Shown: positions 1 to 14,699 of the stretch, one piece after another
How the letters are laid out: every line of letters starts with the position of its first letter
How positions within the stretch are numbered: position 1 is the first letter of the stretch
Source: the human T2T-CHM13v2.0 reference genome, Homo sapiens
DNA length: 64,000 nucleotides
Direction: 5' to 3' (one strand)
Assembly: GCF_009914755.1 (NCBI RefSeq)
Contig: NC_060939.1
Made by a program: the position numbers and the translations under genes
Notes under the pieces: model-generated
What the model was told of the DNA's origin: nothing
The model's input: the letters and a program-made list of their open reading frames with translations, nothing else
Databases searched by the model: none

Positions 1-323
<323 letters not shown>

Positions 324-525
324 CTATTACTCAGTGTACTTCTAGATTTTTAGGAAAATAATAAATTTAAGGATGACTCCAATTTTTAATTATTGAGGTT
401 TTTATTTTTATACAATTATATTGTTAGTTATATGTGATCTAAGTATAGTAAACATTGTCATTTTTGAATAGTGACTGTTCAAAACATGAATGAAAATAGG
501 ATCTTTTAGTTGAGATCCTTTTAGC

Positions 526-1188
<663 letters not shown>

Positions 1189-1565
1189 TAGACATCAGTT
1201 TTTATTTGTTATAGTAAACTATGGAAATACTAGTTAATAGATGCCCAATTATTTGAATACTAACAAACATGTTGTGATCATTTAAAATAGAATCTACTAT
1301 GCTTTTCTTTTGGCAGATTTAATACTGTATATGTATATGTGTATTTTGTCTAAATATATAGTATTGCATTATTGTACTTTCAGGGATATGGAGAAAAAGA
1401 CCCAGGACTCTATAGACTCAAATACTTGTTTTGTGAAGCGGCTAAGAACACTAGAATATCTATATGGGTCTTTATATTACTTAAAAGCACAAAAGAAGTT
1501 CATAATTAACATTTTCACCCATTAAGACTGAAGTCTGATCAAAGAGCAATTAAATTACTATATAT

Positions 1566-1671
1566 GTGCTCACTTTGACAGCACATATACCAAAACTGGA
1601 ACTATTCAGAGGTTAGCATGGCCCCTGCGCAAGGATGACAAGCAAATTTGTGAAGCATTCTATATATTTTT
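1566..1671 (+). pseudogene. U6 snRNA retropseudogene in a TERB2 intron
   Basis: GTGCTCACTTTGACAGCACATATAC...TTAGCATGGCCCCTGCGCAAGGATGACA...GTGAAGCATTC aligns to full-length U6; TSD AAATTACTATATAT (1552-1565) / AAATCACTATATAT (1675-1688); ACAGAGA box altered. Confidence 0.93.
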
Positions 1672-1874
1672 AAAAAATCACTATATATATTGCCTGGAAT
1701 AAGTTCTTACTTGTAAAACAAATCCAAATATATACATATGTGGTATAGTATACTATAGTAAAGGTAATTATGTATTATAAATATTTATTTATAAATATAC
1801 TTTAATATAAATGTAATACATATAGACATATATATACTATGTATGTGTGACTTTCTGTATGCTTTATTTTACAG

Positions 1875-1963
1875 CCCAGAAAAGCATTTTATAAGAACTC
1901 CAGTTGTAGAAAAGCAGATGTACTTCCCTCTACAGAATTACCCAGTTAACAACATGGTAACAG
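1875..1963 (+). CDS. TERB2: TERB2 (telomere repeat-binding bouquet formation protein 2), penultimate coding exon
   Basis: ttttacag acceptor and GT donor; 89 nt encoding (S)PEKHFIRTPVVEKQMYFPLQNYPVNNMVT(G), matching recalled TERB2; phase joins the next exon. Confidence 0.93.
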
Positions 1964-2181
1964 GTAGTTTAAAATAAAATTTAGAGTAAACTCAGGTAGG
2001 AAAGAAACAAGGGAATATTGTGTTGAATAAAGCTGTTGTACTTCAGATACCTAGAGAGTAGAGCCTTCTCTAGTAAGCCTGGTAATGGAGGACACATCAC
2101 TTAAATATTGAATAAATTACCTGCAGAATTGACCCAGGAATATGCTTTTAAATTTTCTGTGCTAAAACAATGGTATCAAGG

Positions 2182-2298
2182 TAGGGTGACCACATGTCCC
2201 TATTTACATGAGACAGTCCCAGTTTAAGCTGTTGTTCTGGCATTAGTTTTTAATTCTCAAGTGTCCCAGTTTGGAAGATAAATTATATGAACAGCTCC
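2182..2298. mobile_element. hAT-Blackjack MITE (MER81/MER94-like)
   Basis: Starts TAGGGTGACCA; contains GACAGTCCCAGTTT and GTGTCCCAGTTTGGAAGATAAATTATATG. Confidence 0.6.
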
Positions 2299-3576
2299 AA
2301 TCAGAGTTTCTTTTGAGAATCTGATGAAACATAGGCCCCTTTCCTTAGCATACACACATAGAAACATAACACACACACTGCCATTCCATTCAATATCAAA
2401 TATATAAATATTTTAAAAACCAAACAAAAACATAACACACAAACTTTGCATATAATTGTAAAAGGCTCACAGATGCCCAGAAGCCTATACATGGATTACC
2501 CAGATGTCCATGGACTCCTTATTTGGGTTTCCTATCCTAGTGCTGTACATAAAGAGAAGACAACTAACCACGGCTGACATTGAGAGGGTAGAACCAAGGG
2601 AACCAACTGAAAAGTGGCCATTGGGATTTCAACTGTGTTGAGTGAGATGGATATTTAGATACTTTGATCTGAGTAGTATTCAGTGGAGTCACTGATAACA
2701 ATTTTAAAAATAGAGATTTTTTTAAAAAATTGCTTTTAAAAGAGCAATTTTTAAAGTATGGGTTTTTGAAAGCTTATTTAAAAAATAATTTGTATATTTA
2801 TCATTTTCTCTTTATTTAGCAATGTTAAAACTACCTCTTGCAGCTAGTCCACAGCTTCCTAGATCATAGATGTCTTGCCATATTACTATCCCTGTTCATT
2901 TGGACTTACCAAACATTTATTAATATATTTAAGAGAGCAATGATAAATATTAAAATCAGCCATACATAAGGACATATACCTACATTTGGACATGTAATAG
3001 TGCTGCTTTTTGTATTATTGCTGGATAAAGAAACAGTCTGATTGTTCAAAAAGACATAACAGTATAACATAAAAACAAATTTTTAAAAACTATTAAAAAA
3101 TTAGTCAGAATTTTAAAAGTATAATTTCAACCTGTGGTAATACTCTGTTGTGAATTTTATTGGTAGAACTAAAGTAAAAATTTTTAATCTTTTTATTTGC
3201 TCAATTGAATAAATTTCCTTTTTTGTATTTCTGCATTAAATAATAGCAATTTCTTGGGAGAAATCTTCATTTTTAGAGATAATGTATTTGTTTTTAATTT
3301 TGATGTGAAATGACAAATACTTCTCTTTTTTTATCATGCCCATCTGCTTGCACAGGAAGGAATAACTTCTTGTTGGAAGAAATCAGCTTGTGTTAATTAA
3401 ACATTTAGTGACTAAGAGTACTAATTTAGGCTGTGGTATCAATTTTTGTGACTAAAACTTCACTATCTCTTCTTTGGAATGGGTTGGGTTCAACACATTG
3501 ACTATTAAATTTCTGAAAATAGAATTAATTGTGGTCTTTAGTTATAGAAAATACAAGTTGGGGCAATAGCCTAGAA

Positions 3577-3773
3577 CAGGGTTTCTCAGTTTTGGCGCTA
3601 CTGGCATTTTAGGCCAGATAATTCTTTGTTTGGGCGAGGGTAGATGAGTGTCAGTCCTGTGCATTATAGCATATTTACCTTGGCATCTGCCCACTAGATA
3701 CCAATAGCATCACCCATCTCTCCCCCAGTTGTGACAACCAAAAATGTCCCTAGACATTGCCAAATATCCCCCT
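3577..3773. mobile_element. MER20 DNA transposon
   Basis: CAGGGTTTCTCAG...CCCAGTTGTGACAACCAAAAATGTCCCTAGACATTGCCAAAT. Confidence 0.8.
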
Positions 3774-3999
3774 AAATCATCAAAAGAGTTTTTGTTTTGC
3801 TTTCAGCTTTTGACTGGAATTAAATTTTCTCAGACTAATATCACTTATTATCACCCATGATAAGAAGTTCTGATTGACATTTACATATGTGATTAATAAG
3901 AGTAAGAAAGCAATTACTAATAATTGTAAATACTTTGCTGGCAACAATTTTCAAATCAAAAGGTTCTGATAATTAAAAGTTTGGAAATCTACAGTAGAT

Positions 4000-4690
4000 G
4001 CTGTATTAGTTATTTATTGATGTAAATCAAAGTGCTCCAAAACTTAGCAGCTTAAAACAATGAACATTTATTTATTTATTTATTATAGAGATGAGGTCTC
4101 ACTGTGTTGCCCAGGCTGGTCTCGAACTCCTGGGCTCAAGCAATCCTCCTGCCTTGGCCTCCCAAAGTGCTGGGATTCCAGGTACGAGCCACCGCACCTG
4201 ACCCAGTGAACATTTATTATTTCAGTTTCTAAGGTCAGAAATCCAGGAGTATCCTAGCTGGATGCTTCTGTCTCACAGCTTTTTGTAAGGTTGCAGTCAA
4301 GTTGTCAGCTGGAGTGCAGTCATTCCAAGGCACAACTGGGACTGGAAAATCCACTTCAAACCTCATTCAAGTGGTTATTGGCAGGTGTTGGGTCCTTGCT
4401 GGATTTTGGCCAAAGGCTTCAACTCTTCACCAAATGGGCCTCTCCATAAGGACCATCCACAGCATGGTAGGTAGTTTGCTTCCCTCAGAGTGAAAAATCC
4501 AAGAATAAGAAAGAGCACGCCCAAGAAAAAAAGCCATAGTCTTTTTTACATCCGACTCTCAGAAGTGACATTGCATCACTTCTGTCATATGCCATTGGTT
4601 ATACAGATCAAAACAAGTACAAAATCGTAGTGGACTGTGAATATCAGGAGGTGGGGATCAGTTGGGGCCACTGGGTGGCTGGCTATCACA
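4000..4690 (-). mobile_element. MLT1-family MaLR LTR interrupted by a FLAM/Alu monomer (~4070-4204)
   Basis: TGTATTAGTTATTTATTG...AAAACTTAGCAGCTTAAAACAA; AGAAGTGACATTGCATCACTTCTG; Alu monomer flanked by TGAACATTTATT. Confidence 0.7.
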
Positions 4691-6496
4691 GATGCATGTG
4701 GGATTGTCCACCAGGAGTGCCTTTCTTAGGAATTCCCTTCTCCCTCCCAATTTATCTGGATAACACAGGAACAGACATTTTTTTAAACATGAGCTTGCTC
4801 CCCATGCTCAACATTTGCTTTGAGAGTGAATGCTGATTTGAACCGGGCTAACTGCAGATCTTCTTCTGGATTTTTAGATGTGGAACATAGCAAATCAAGT
4901 CATTCTCATTTAGGTGATCAAAACTCTAAGATGTAAAACTTAGGAGCTGTCATTGGCCATATTTTCTACCATGAAAAGAAAGCCAACTTGCCTCCAAAAA
5001 GGAAAATGAGGCTAATACATAGAGAAAAACTTGAGACCAAGGCTGCAGTGAGGTGTGATAGTGCCACTGCACTCCAGCATGGGCAACAAAATAAGACCCT
5101 GTCAAAACACACACACACACACACCCCAGAAAAAAAAACCCTAAAAACTTCAGACTGGTGAGAGCAATCATAGCTGGTTCTAATTAACTCTGAGTCCCAG
5201 CAATATGCCTGCCTTCCTCACAGCTCGGATGATACGGCAATGTCCTTCCAGTAAACTCCCCTTTTGTTTAAGTTAGTTTAAATTAGGTTTCTGTCCATTT
5301 CATCCTAAAGTCCTTAACTATTCAAAAATGCTACAATAATCTATTTCTGATGCCATAAATGTCCTATCCTTCTTATACTTATAGGAATATTTTTTACTAA
5401 TGTAGTAATTTTTAAATTCCTATCCTCACACATCTTCAGAGGTTTCACACAGTGTATATGTGCAATTAACTAAACACTAATAGTGATATTTTTCTGCACT
5501 AGTTTATTTTACACAGATACATAGCCATTAGGCAAAGATTATGAACTCATAGAGTATAGTAATAGTGCTTCAAGAGCTCCTAAAGTAAATGACCATGATT
5601 AAAATATCTTTAAAGATACTAGTCAATTTTATGTGCTTCGATTGATAGTTAATTTATTAACTCTGAATTTATTATTTTTATTAAAAATGATTAAACAATA
5701 TGCATGGATATCCTGTTGATCTTGATGGTATGGTGTTCTAAATTCAGTCATCCTTGAGCTCTACCAGAATTTTTTTCACACAATATTTATTTTTAAATTA
5801 GATTTCAATTTTAGTAAAAGCCACAAACACTTGTATTACACATAAAATGTAATCATTTAAATAGTAAGCAATTGATATCAAGTTAATATTGCTTAGTCAT
5901 AGAGTCCTTAAGCTGTCTCCATTCTAGGCAGTGTTTTTTTTATATGACTCATATCTGTTTTGGATAACTAATTGACATCAAAATTACTCTCACCCATTAT
6001 CTTTGTTGACTGAGCAGTAACATCGATTTTTCATTAACTTTTTTTGTTAAAAGAATCCTATTCCAGTGTTAGCAGTGCAGGAAAGTGTTGCCTGCTGGAA
6101 CAGGGAAGATGAACTGTTTGCACTGTTAGTAGCTAGTTGGATGGATAGTTCTAAGTGATTACCGTCTAAGCTAGAAACACTTCCCAGTTATTTTTATCTA
6201 AGTTCTTTTATGTCCTAGCCCCAACCTAGACATCACAATCTCAATAGTCAAAGCAGCTTTAATCCACCTTTTAATATTTTAAAAGGTGGCAGAAAGTTGT
6301 GGGAGGGGAAGAGGAGGTGTTCCCGGATAATTATAAGGTTTCATGGAGAATCTTCTCACTGGTATTATTTCTTCTTTTTACTTCTTTTCTAAAAACATTC
6401 TTTAGAAGTCTTAACTCTAATAAATCAAAGACACTGAAAAGCAAATAGTATGAGCGGGTTTTAAGTATATATCTTTTTTTAAATTTTATTTTGTAG

Positions 6497-6636
6497 GTTA
6501 TATATCAATTGATGCCATGAAGAAATTCCTTGGGGAGCTACATGACTTCATTCCTGGAACCTCAGGATATTTGGCATATCATGTTCAAAATGAAATTAAT
6601 ATGTCTGCTATAAAAAACAAATTGAAGAGGAAATAG
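6497..6636 (+). CDS. TERB2: TERB2 last coding exon (part of the C-terminal MAJIN-binding region)
   Basis: ttttgtag acceptor; encodes (G)YISIDAMKKFLGELHDFIPGTSGYLAYHVQNEINMSAIKNKLKRK, stop TAG at 6634-6636. Confidence 0.94.
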
Positions 6637-7206
6637 TAAATTAAATTGTAAATACCTTGGCATTTATTTTCTATAAAATATTATACAGATGTGCATATCA
6701 TAAAATGCTCCCTTTTGGTACTGGGGGATAGTGAAATGGGAAATAATTTTTCTGTTTCTCAAAGTATATCTTTAGGAAATACAGAATCATTTTGGTTCTG
6801 TGTTTTGACATTTTTCCCCTAGCTTTTAACAACATGTTCAAATATTCTCAATGCACAGTTGTTAATGAGTAATTGCCGTTAAAATATATTTCATAAGAAG
6901 TCTCAATCTCAAACTCTCCATCTCTCAATCCTCCTCCTCCTCCTCTTTCTTGCTTTCTCTTTTCCCTCTCTCTTTCTCTCCTCCCCTTCTCTCTTTCTGT
7001 CTTTCAAATGTTCTTTTGGCTTTAACATTCTATTAATTATATTTTTTCTAGATTGAATACTGTGAATGCTAAGTTTTATTAATCTGGTCATCTTATTTTG
7101 ATTTTAAAAATTAGGATGCTAGTTGCATTCTGAATTACTGTTTCTGGTTTGAAACATGGAGAAAAACATTTTAATAATTCATATTTCATGTTGGATGGTT
7201 TCTAAT

Positions 7207-7212
7207 AATAAA
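7207..7212 (+). terminator. Candidate TERB2 polyadenylation signal
   Basis: First canonical AATAAA I see after the stop; a variant ATTAAA lies at 6640-6645. Confidence 0.5.
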
Positions 7213-7563
7213 TATCTCAAAAGTGACTTAACATAAACAGACTATGAGTGTTATGTCTTGTTAGATGAACCTGCAAGTCACCTTAGAATCACAGTTCTAG
7301 AATGGAACTTAAAGAACGAGTCCAGTTCACTTATTGTTTTTAATGAGGAAATAAGGACCTTGAGAAGATGTCTTACTTAGGGGGACTAACTGGGGGCCAA
7401 AACAGAATTGGAACACAACCATCTTGATTTTCTAGGCAAGTGCTTCCCCACTCTCCCAAATAGCATACGCTGTAGCTTCTGTGCCAGGTACAATACAACT
7501 GCAGATCCGCAAAGCAGACCCAGAAACAAGCCAACATGCTTGCCTTTTAATAAGCTGAAATAG

Positions 7564-8173
7564 TGAGGGAGAAGAAAAGGAAAAATCAGTTAGGCAGACC
7601 ACTAAGGCTAGTCTTCTGAGAAAGAGCCTGAAAAAATCACAGCTACAGGCATAAATAGAGCAGCCTGGGGAAAAACCAAACTGCACCTGCACTGATAAGA
7701 AGGCAAGGCCCAGCATAGAGCCTTTGTTCTTTGTGTGATTAGCAGGCTCTCAGGAAAAAAATTCCTCCCATTTTCAGGCATTTACATGGTGGGCTCTGTG
7801 GGAACTTGCACAGGGAGGTGAGGGGCTTGCCTAAAACAGACCCACAGTTACACAAACAAGAGAAGCTGCACTTTGTGCTTACCCAAGATATACAAAGATA
7901 AGGAGAGTTACATACACAGCTTCATAGATAAGGGAAGTTACACAAACAGCTACAGAGTTGAGGGGAGTTTCACATAAAAGCTTTTGGATTCAACTGTAAA
8001 AACAGCAGCTCACTCGGGTCCGTTCTCCACTGTGGAGAGCTTTCTTTCTTTTGCTTATAAAAGTTTTGCTCCAACCTCACCCTTGTGTCCAGCCTCCTTA
8101 ATTTTCTTGGTTGTGAAACAATGAGCTCAGATAACACCTCAAACTACAAGACCATTGACCCTAGACAGTTTCA
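7564..8173 (+). mobile_element. ERV1 solo LTR (MER66-like)
   Basis: TG...CA termini, flanks ATAG/TTAG, U3-R-U5-like layout; family from recall. Confidence 0.65.
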
Positions 8174-9129
8174 TTAGTATTGAGTTGTAGTCATTTCAAG
8201 AAGGCAGTTTGTTATCTTTATTCATATGGCCATGCTATATAGAGTCTGATTGGTTTATTACATTTTTGTGTCTTATAAATGACAGTGTTATTTGTGAAGC
8301 TATCATCTTAGAACTGTACTTCTTCCAAGCAAGTGAATACCAGCTGTAGAATTATCTAAAGAAAATGCACACTTTTTTTTAGTGCTTGGACCATTTGGGT
8401 ATATGTGGGCCCTGGCCCTGGCCCTTCTCCCCTGACTCAAATTTCATAAGACAAAATTTTAACACTACTTTTGGCATCAGCATTTGAGAATTATATTTTT
8501 CCATATGATAACTTTTCCTTATTTATATTCACATCTGTGGTTAAGCCCTTCAGATCTTGTAAATTACACAAAAAACAGAAAAGACAAAAACCTTAAATGT
8601 TAATTATCTTTCCCTGAAACACATTTCTCCTGAATACTTTATCGTAGTTACATACCATTGATTGTTTCTTGTATAGAAACCAAGCCTGTCTGTAAATCTT
8701 AAATTAATGACTAAGAGGATTAAGTAAATGTACACCAAGTTGTGTATGTTGGAATTTCTTGAAAGAGAGTATCCAGTATTTTTCTGATATATTATGCATG
8801 TGTAAATTAAAAATTATAATGAAACAGTTTTTTAGGTTTGTTTCCCAAAGTGATTATATCTTTAGGTGTATATAATAAAGCAAAATGTAACCTATATCCT
8901 TGAAATATTGTCAGGCACAATAAAATCAGTGATAACATAAGCCTTCCAGGAATTAGAAGCATATGAAAAAATAAAATAAGCAAAGTTGAACTAGTTTTAA
9001 GTTTATTGTCTTAATGGGAAGTGAAAAGCAATATGATCTTAGTTACTGCTCATGTAACCTTTTTTAAAAAATTGCTTTAATGTAGCTGATGGATATTGCC
9101 TCTGAATATCCTTATAAAAAATGTTCTCT

Positions 9130-9351
9130 GGCCGGGCACGGTGGCTCAGGCCTGTAATCCCAGCACTTTGGGAGGCCAAGGTGGGCAGATCATGAGGTCA
9201 GGAGATTGAGATCATCCTGGCCAACAAGGTGAAATCCCGTCTCTACTAAAAATACAAAAATTAGCTGGGCATGGCGGCACGTGCCTGTAATCCCAGCTAC
9301 TCAGGAGGCTGAGGCAGGAGAATCCCTTGAACCTGGGAGGTGGAGGTTGCA
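9130..9351 (+). mobile_element. 3'-truncated Alu abutting an old L1 ORF2 fragment (~9352-9725)
   Basis: Alu stops at GGAGGTTGCA with no tail; A-rich degenerate L1 ORF2 sequence follows. Confidence 0.8.
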
Positions 9352-10502
9352 GGAAATAATATGGAATTGTAGTAGAGATAAAAGAAATTAATAAAATAGG
9401 AAACAAACTTACAATAGAAATGATCAACAAATCAAGAAGTTGAGTTTTGAAGACTAAAAGAAATTTATAAATTTCTGACTGGATTGGCCAAGAGAAAGAA
9501 AGAAGGCACAGATAATATCAAAAATGAAGAGAGGAATACTTCTCAGATTCTAGAGACATTTAAAAAAATTATGACCAAATTAATGTCAATAAATTTGAAC
9601 ATTTACATGAACTATTTAAATTTCTAGGAAATATATCTTACTAAAACTGCCATGAAAAAGAGAAAATCTGAGCAGTCCTTTAACTGGGAAAAATAGTGAT
9701 TTTATAATATTAAAAATCTTCCTACAGCCCCACTAATTACTAGATTTTGTCATCTTAGTGAGCTATGTAACTTGTTTCCGCATCTGAGAAATGAAGATAG
9801 TAACAATGCCATAGTAATATTGAAGGATTAAATGAGAAAATGCCTGTAAAAGTGCATTGCACAGGGCCTAGCATTTGCCACATGATCAATGCAGCTTGCC
9901 TTTATTAGTTTCCTTTACAGCTATGGTGTATCACTGAGTGCAGAATGTGTGTGTTCTTCAGGCTCCCTTGTGTGCAGGCTCTGAAAGGTAAAGGGGCCTG
10001 CTCTTTGTTCTGAAGTAAAACTGCTCAGGGCATTAGGTGGATCTGAAATTTAAAAATAAAATTGAAAGTAAATCAATCTTTTCCTTAAATCAGATTGTCT
10101 CTGCTTTTGTTTTGCACACCTGCCTCAATATCAGTCTTGGAATTTTTTTCCTGCTGTTGTGGGTGCAATTTTTGTGATATGTACAGAACCACCTACCCTA
10201 CTCCAGGCCTTGGATCCTGACCTTAGTGGCTTGGAAAAGGCTGTCACTTAGAATTTACACTCCAGTCCTCACTATCACTGTCTCCATTCTTCTTCCATCT
10301 CCCCACCCTGGGGTGATTTCCCAGCCTGCTATTTGATTTTCCATTCGTATGGTTCCCCTAATCTCCAGAGCATGTAGTACTCACTAGCCAGAGTATTGCC
10401 CATGTCTTCTGTGTTACATAAAGTTATTCCCAGCGTATCTGATCTCTTCTCATCCTTTCTCTGTCACTCGGGGGCTTTGCTCAACCTGGTTGTGTCACAA
10501 TC

Positions 10503-10821
10503 TTTTTTTTTTCTTTTTTCTTTTGAGATGGGTTCTCGCTCTGTCGCCCAGGTTGGAGTGCAGTGGCGCGATCTTAGCTCACTGCAACCTCCCCCTCCTG
10601 GGTTCAAGCCTTCTCCTGCCTCAGCCTCCGGAGTAGCTGGGACTACAAGCGCCCGCCACCACGCCCAGCTAATTTGTGTGTGTCTGTGTGTGTGTGTATT
10701 TTTAGTAGAGACGGGGTTTCACCATGTTAGCCAGGATGGTCTCGATCTCCTGACTTCGTGATCCACCCACCTCGACCGCCCAAAGTGCTGGGATTACAGG
10801 CGCGAGCCAACGCGCCGGGCC
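10503..10821 (-). mobile_element. Alu (AluSc/Y-like) with (TG)n in the linker
   Basis: 18-bp TSD GGTTGTGTCACAATCTTT at 10488-10505 and 10822-10839. Confidence 0.95.
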
Positions 10822-11172
10822 GGTTGTGTCACAATCTTTAGGAGATTCCCTCTTTCTTGATCAGAGAGCCCTTCACTCCATTCCTTGCCTCTGCAATCAT
10901 GAGGGTGTGACACAGATGAAGGTGTGACACAGATCTCATCTCTTCCTGGAATTCCCAATCTCAAGAGCTTTTCTTCATGGTGTTGCTGACTTAAACGAGG
11001 GTGCCTGCCAACTGTGGGGCCCTCACCCCATTTAAAGAGGTTCGTTTCCTTGTCACAGTGTTGTGATTTATTTCACTTTGCTCTTATCTTTAAAATCGGG
11101 TTCATTTCCTTGTCCTACTTAGGCTCCTCACCATACCTACTCTGTATTGTGTTTCTTCTTCATTTGTCAGAT

Positions 11173-11472
11173 TTTTTTTTTTTTTTTTTTTTGAGACAGG
11201 GTCTTGCTCTATGGTCAGGCTGAAGTGCAGTGGTGCGATCTCGGCTCACCGCAACCTCTGCCTCCTGGGGTTCAAGCGATTCTCCTGCCTCAGGCTCCTG
11301 AGTAGCTGGGACTACAGGCATGCACCACCAAGCCCGGATAATTTTGGTATTTTTAGTAGAGATGGTGTTTCACCATGCTGGCCAGGATGGTTTGTGTCTC
11401 TTGACCTCATGATCCACCCGCCTCGGCCTCCCAAAGTGCTGGGATTACAGGCGTGAGATACCACACCCAGTC
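11173..11472 (-). mobile_element. Alu
   Basis: Antisense Alu; TSD CAT(T/C)TGTCAGATTTT. Confidence 0.93.
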
Positions 11473-12339
11473 CATCTGTCAGATTTTTAAAAGCTGTTTC
11501 TTTCCCTCTCTCCATTCCCACCTGTCCAAATCCTGTCCTTCTTTCAGGCATCATCTCAAAGGATATCTCTGAATGAAACTTCTTTGGCAACCTCCTCTTC
11601 TTGCCCCCTCTCCCCACAGGACTCTAGTCCACTTAGAGCACTTAGGTTACTCAAACTAAAGTTATAATTATTTGTGTACACCTGCCAAAGGCCCCTACTA
11701 CATTGTTAGGTACTTGAAGGCAAGGATTATTTCTTACTAATCTTTGCAGCTCCCACAGCACCCAGCACAGTGCCTGGAATATGGGAGTTACTCAGGAACT
11801 ATTTGATGAATTGAATTCATACATGTAAGGATACAGAAGATAAAGAAAAGTATTTCCTTCAGTTTCCAGACTGGGACCCAACAGTGCCCTGTTTCACTGT
11901 TTATTAGGAAGCAGGTTGTATGGACCTGGAGGTGCCAGATAAAACGAAGGCTTCCATAATACACATTCATTCATCAACCCTGCTAGGGTTGTCTCATTCA
12001 TTCATTTACGCACTCATTCAACAAACATTTGTTGATGACACAGTGCTAAACTCACGCTTTTTTTTCTTTTCCTGTAAAGTGAGATAACAGGGAGTGGGAC
12101 CCTTCCATTAAGGCATTTATAATCTGGTTGGAGAGTTGGAAATATAAACAACTGACTGTAAGGCAAAGTGAAGTAGGTGCTAGAATAACATATAGGTCAA
12201 ATTCTCTGAGAGCACTAGTCCTTGGTTTCTGCAGGGCAGAAAAGAGGGATATCGGAAAAAATCAGGATGGTTCAGAAGAAGGGTAACTTTGTTTTTCCTG
12301 GTGGACTCATAGCATCACCATGATAACAACAACCAGGCC

Positions 12340-12823
12340 CTGAAAGGGGGAAATCCTGTCATTTCCAGCAACAACATGGATGAGTCTGGAGGTCATTATG
12401 CTAAGTGAAATAAGCCAGGCACAGAAACATAAATACCACATGATCTCACTTATATGTGGAATCTAATAAAGTTGAACTCATAGAAGTAGAAAGTAGAACA
12501 ATGGTTAACAGAGGCTTGGGAGAAGGTGGGGAGGGAGAGAATGGGGAATTATTGATTAAAGGGTACAAAATTTCAGATAGACAGGAGGAACAGGTTTTGA
12601 GATCTACTGCACATCAGGGTGACTATAGTCAATGGTAATATATATTTCAAAATAGCTACGAGTAAATTTCAAATGTCTCACTATAAAAAATAATAGGTAA
12701 GTGAAGTGATGGATGTGTTAATCAGCTTGATTTAATCATGCCAATTGTATACATACATCAAAACATCACATTTTACTCCATAAATATATACAACAAAGAT
12801 TTGTTAAAAAAAAAAAAAAAAAA
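12340..12823 (+). mobile_element. L1MA-type 3' end with poly-A, followed by an Alu monomer fragment (~12827-12942)
   Basis: CATTATGCTAAGTGAAATAAGCCAGGCACAGAAA...GGGTGACTATAGTCAAT...CAAAACATCACATT plus A-tail. Confidence 0.85.
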
Positions 12824-13049
12824 GTGAGCGGTCATTGTGGCTCACACCTTTACAGGTTCCCAGCATTTTGGGTGGCCCAGGCAGGAGGATTGCTTGAGGC
12901 CAGCCTGGGCAACATATTTTGTTGCCGTATATGAAAAAAAAAAGTCCCCCTGAGCTTTTCTGGCCCACCTCTCATGAAATCCCTGGCACTGTCTCTGCAT
13001 TTGATGAGAGTGCGAGGTAGAGTGGGTAGGAGCAGGCAAGTCAAGTTGC

Positions 13050-13618
13050 TGTAGACCTGTGCTGTCTAATATAGCAAGATGTAGCTAGTGGGCACTTGAA
13101 ATGTGGCTAGTCTGAACTGAGATGTATTAAGTGTGAAATACACCTTGGATTGTGAAGACTTAGCACAAAAAAAGAGTTATTTTTATTTTTATTTTTTGAG
13201 ACAGAGTCTCACTACATCACCCAGGCTGCAGTCCAGTGGCACCATCTCTGCTCACTACAACCTCGTGCCTCTCAGGTTCAAGTGATTCTTGTGCCTCAGC
13301 CTCCTGAGCAGCTGGGATTATAGGCATGTGCCACCAAGCCCGACTAATTTTTGAATTGTATTTGTATTTATTTAATTTTTATTTTTTGTTTTAATTTTTG
13401 TATTTTTAGTAGAGGTGGTATTTCACCATGTTGGCCAAGCTGTTCTCAAACTGCTGAACTCAAGTGATCTGCCAGCCTCGGCCTCCCAAAGTGCTGGGAT
13501 TACAGGTGTGAGCCACCGTGCCCAGCCAAAAACAGAATAATTTTCATGTTGATTAGATGTTAAAATCATATTTAGGATATATTGGTTTAAATAAAATATA
13601 TTGTTGAAATTAATTTCA

Positions 13619-13656
<38 letters not shown>

Positions 13657-14266
13657 TTAATGTGGCTACTTGACCATTTAAAGTTAGGTACACCCTGGGC
13701 AATATAGGGTGTAGACCCTCGTCTCTAGAAAAAAAATAATTAGTTGAGCATGGTGATGCATCCTTGTAGTCCCAGCTGCACGGGAGGCTGAGGCAAGAGG
13801 ATCACTTGAGCCCATGGGTTCAAAGTTGCAATGAGCTATGATTGTGCCACTGCACTCCAGCTTGGGTGACAGAGTGAGACTCTGTCTCTAAAAATATAAA
13901 TAAATAAAACTGTACATGGCCCACATTATACAGTTGGCCCTTCATATCTGTGGGTACTGCTTCTGTGGATTGAACCAACTGTGGATCAAATATACCTGGA
14001 AAAAAATAACAATACAACAATAAAAATAAATTTTAAAAATATAGTATAACAACTATTTACATAGAATTACATTGTCTTAGGTATTACAAGTAATCTAGAG
14101 ATGATTTAAAATACACAGTAGGATGTGTGTAGGTTATAAGCACAAACTACACCATTTGATATAAGGGACTTGAGCATCGTGGATTTTGGTAGCTGTGTTG
14201 GAGGTGTCCTGAAACCAATCCTCTGCATATCCCAAGAGACCACTGTATTTCTATTGGACAGTGCTG
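13050..14266. mobile_element. MER3/MER33-like element interrupted by Alu (~13177-13527), an Alu fragment (~13693-13910) and MER2 (~13931-14246)
   Basis: GTGCTGTCTAATA...GCACTTGAAATGTGGCTAG...TTTCTATTGGACAGTGCTG; MER2 termini CAGTTGGCCC / GACCACTG next to TA. Confidence 0.7.
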
Positions 14267-14699
14267 TTCTAAAGGCTGTTCCCCAGGCTCAGGTACCCTA
14301 GGAAATTTGGAAAACCCTTGGGGGAAACAGATAGATCTTGATACTGAGCCGGGACCCAGTCCCACTGGTATTTACCAGTCCTGACCTGGATCCAAACTCC
14401 CAGGGACTTTGGAAGTGCTATAGGCGTCACTTGGGTCTAGGCTATGGTGGAGTCAGGTCACAGATAGGAAACTTGGTTCTCTCCGTTCTGTGTTTCCCTG
14501 TGACTCAGGCCACAAGAACATATGTGACAGGGTGTTGGTTTGTTTTTTGTGTTTCTTTAAAGTGGCTTCCTTGAAGACACAAATAGCTTCTGAATGGCAA
14601 TGATAAGGAGCCAGTCTGGTAGAGTCTTTCATAAGAGCAACTAAGCTTTTGATCATTAATCATTTAGCATACTGCTTGCCTAGGTGACTTCTTATATAC

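Noticed and set aside
6030-6130. Possible cryptic exon in the last TERB2 intron
   Set aside because: Only weak splice-site resemblance; nothing else in the sequence supports it
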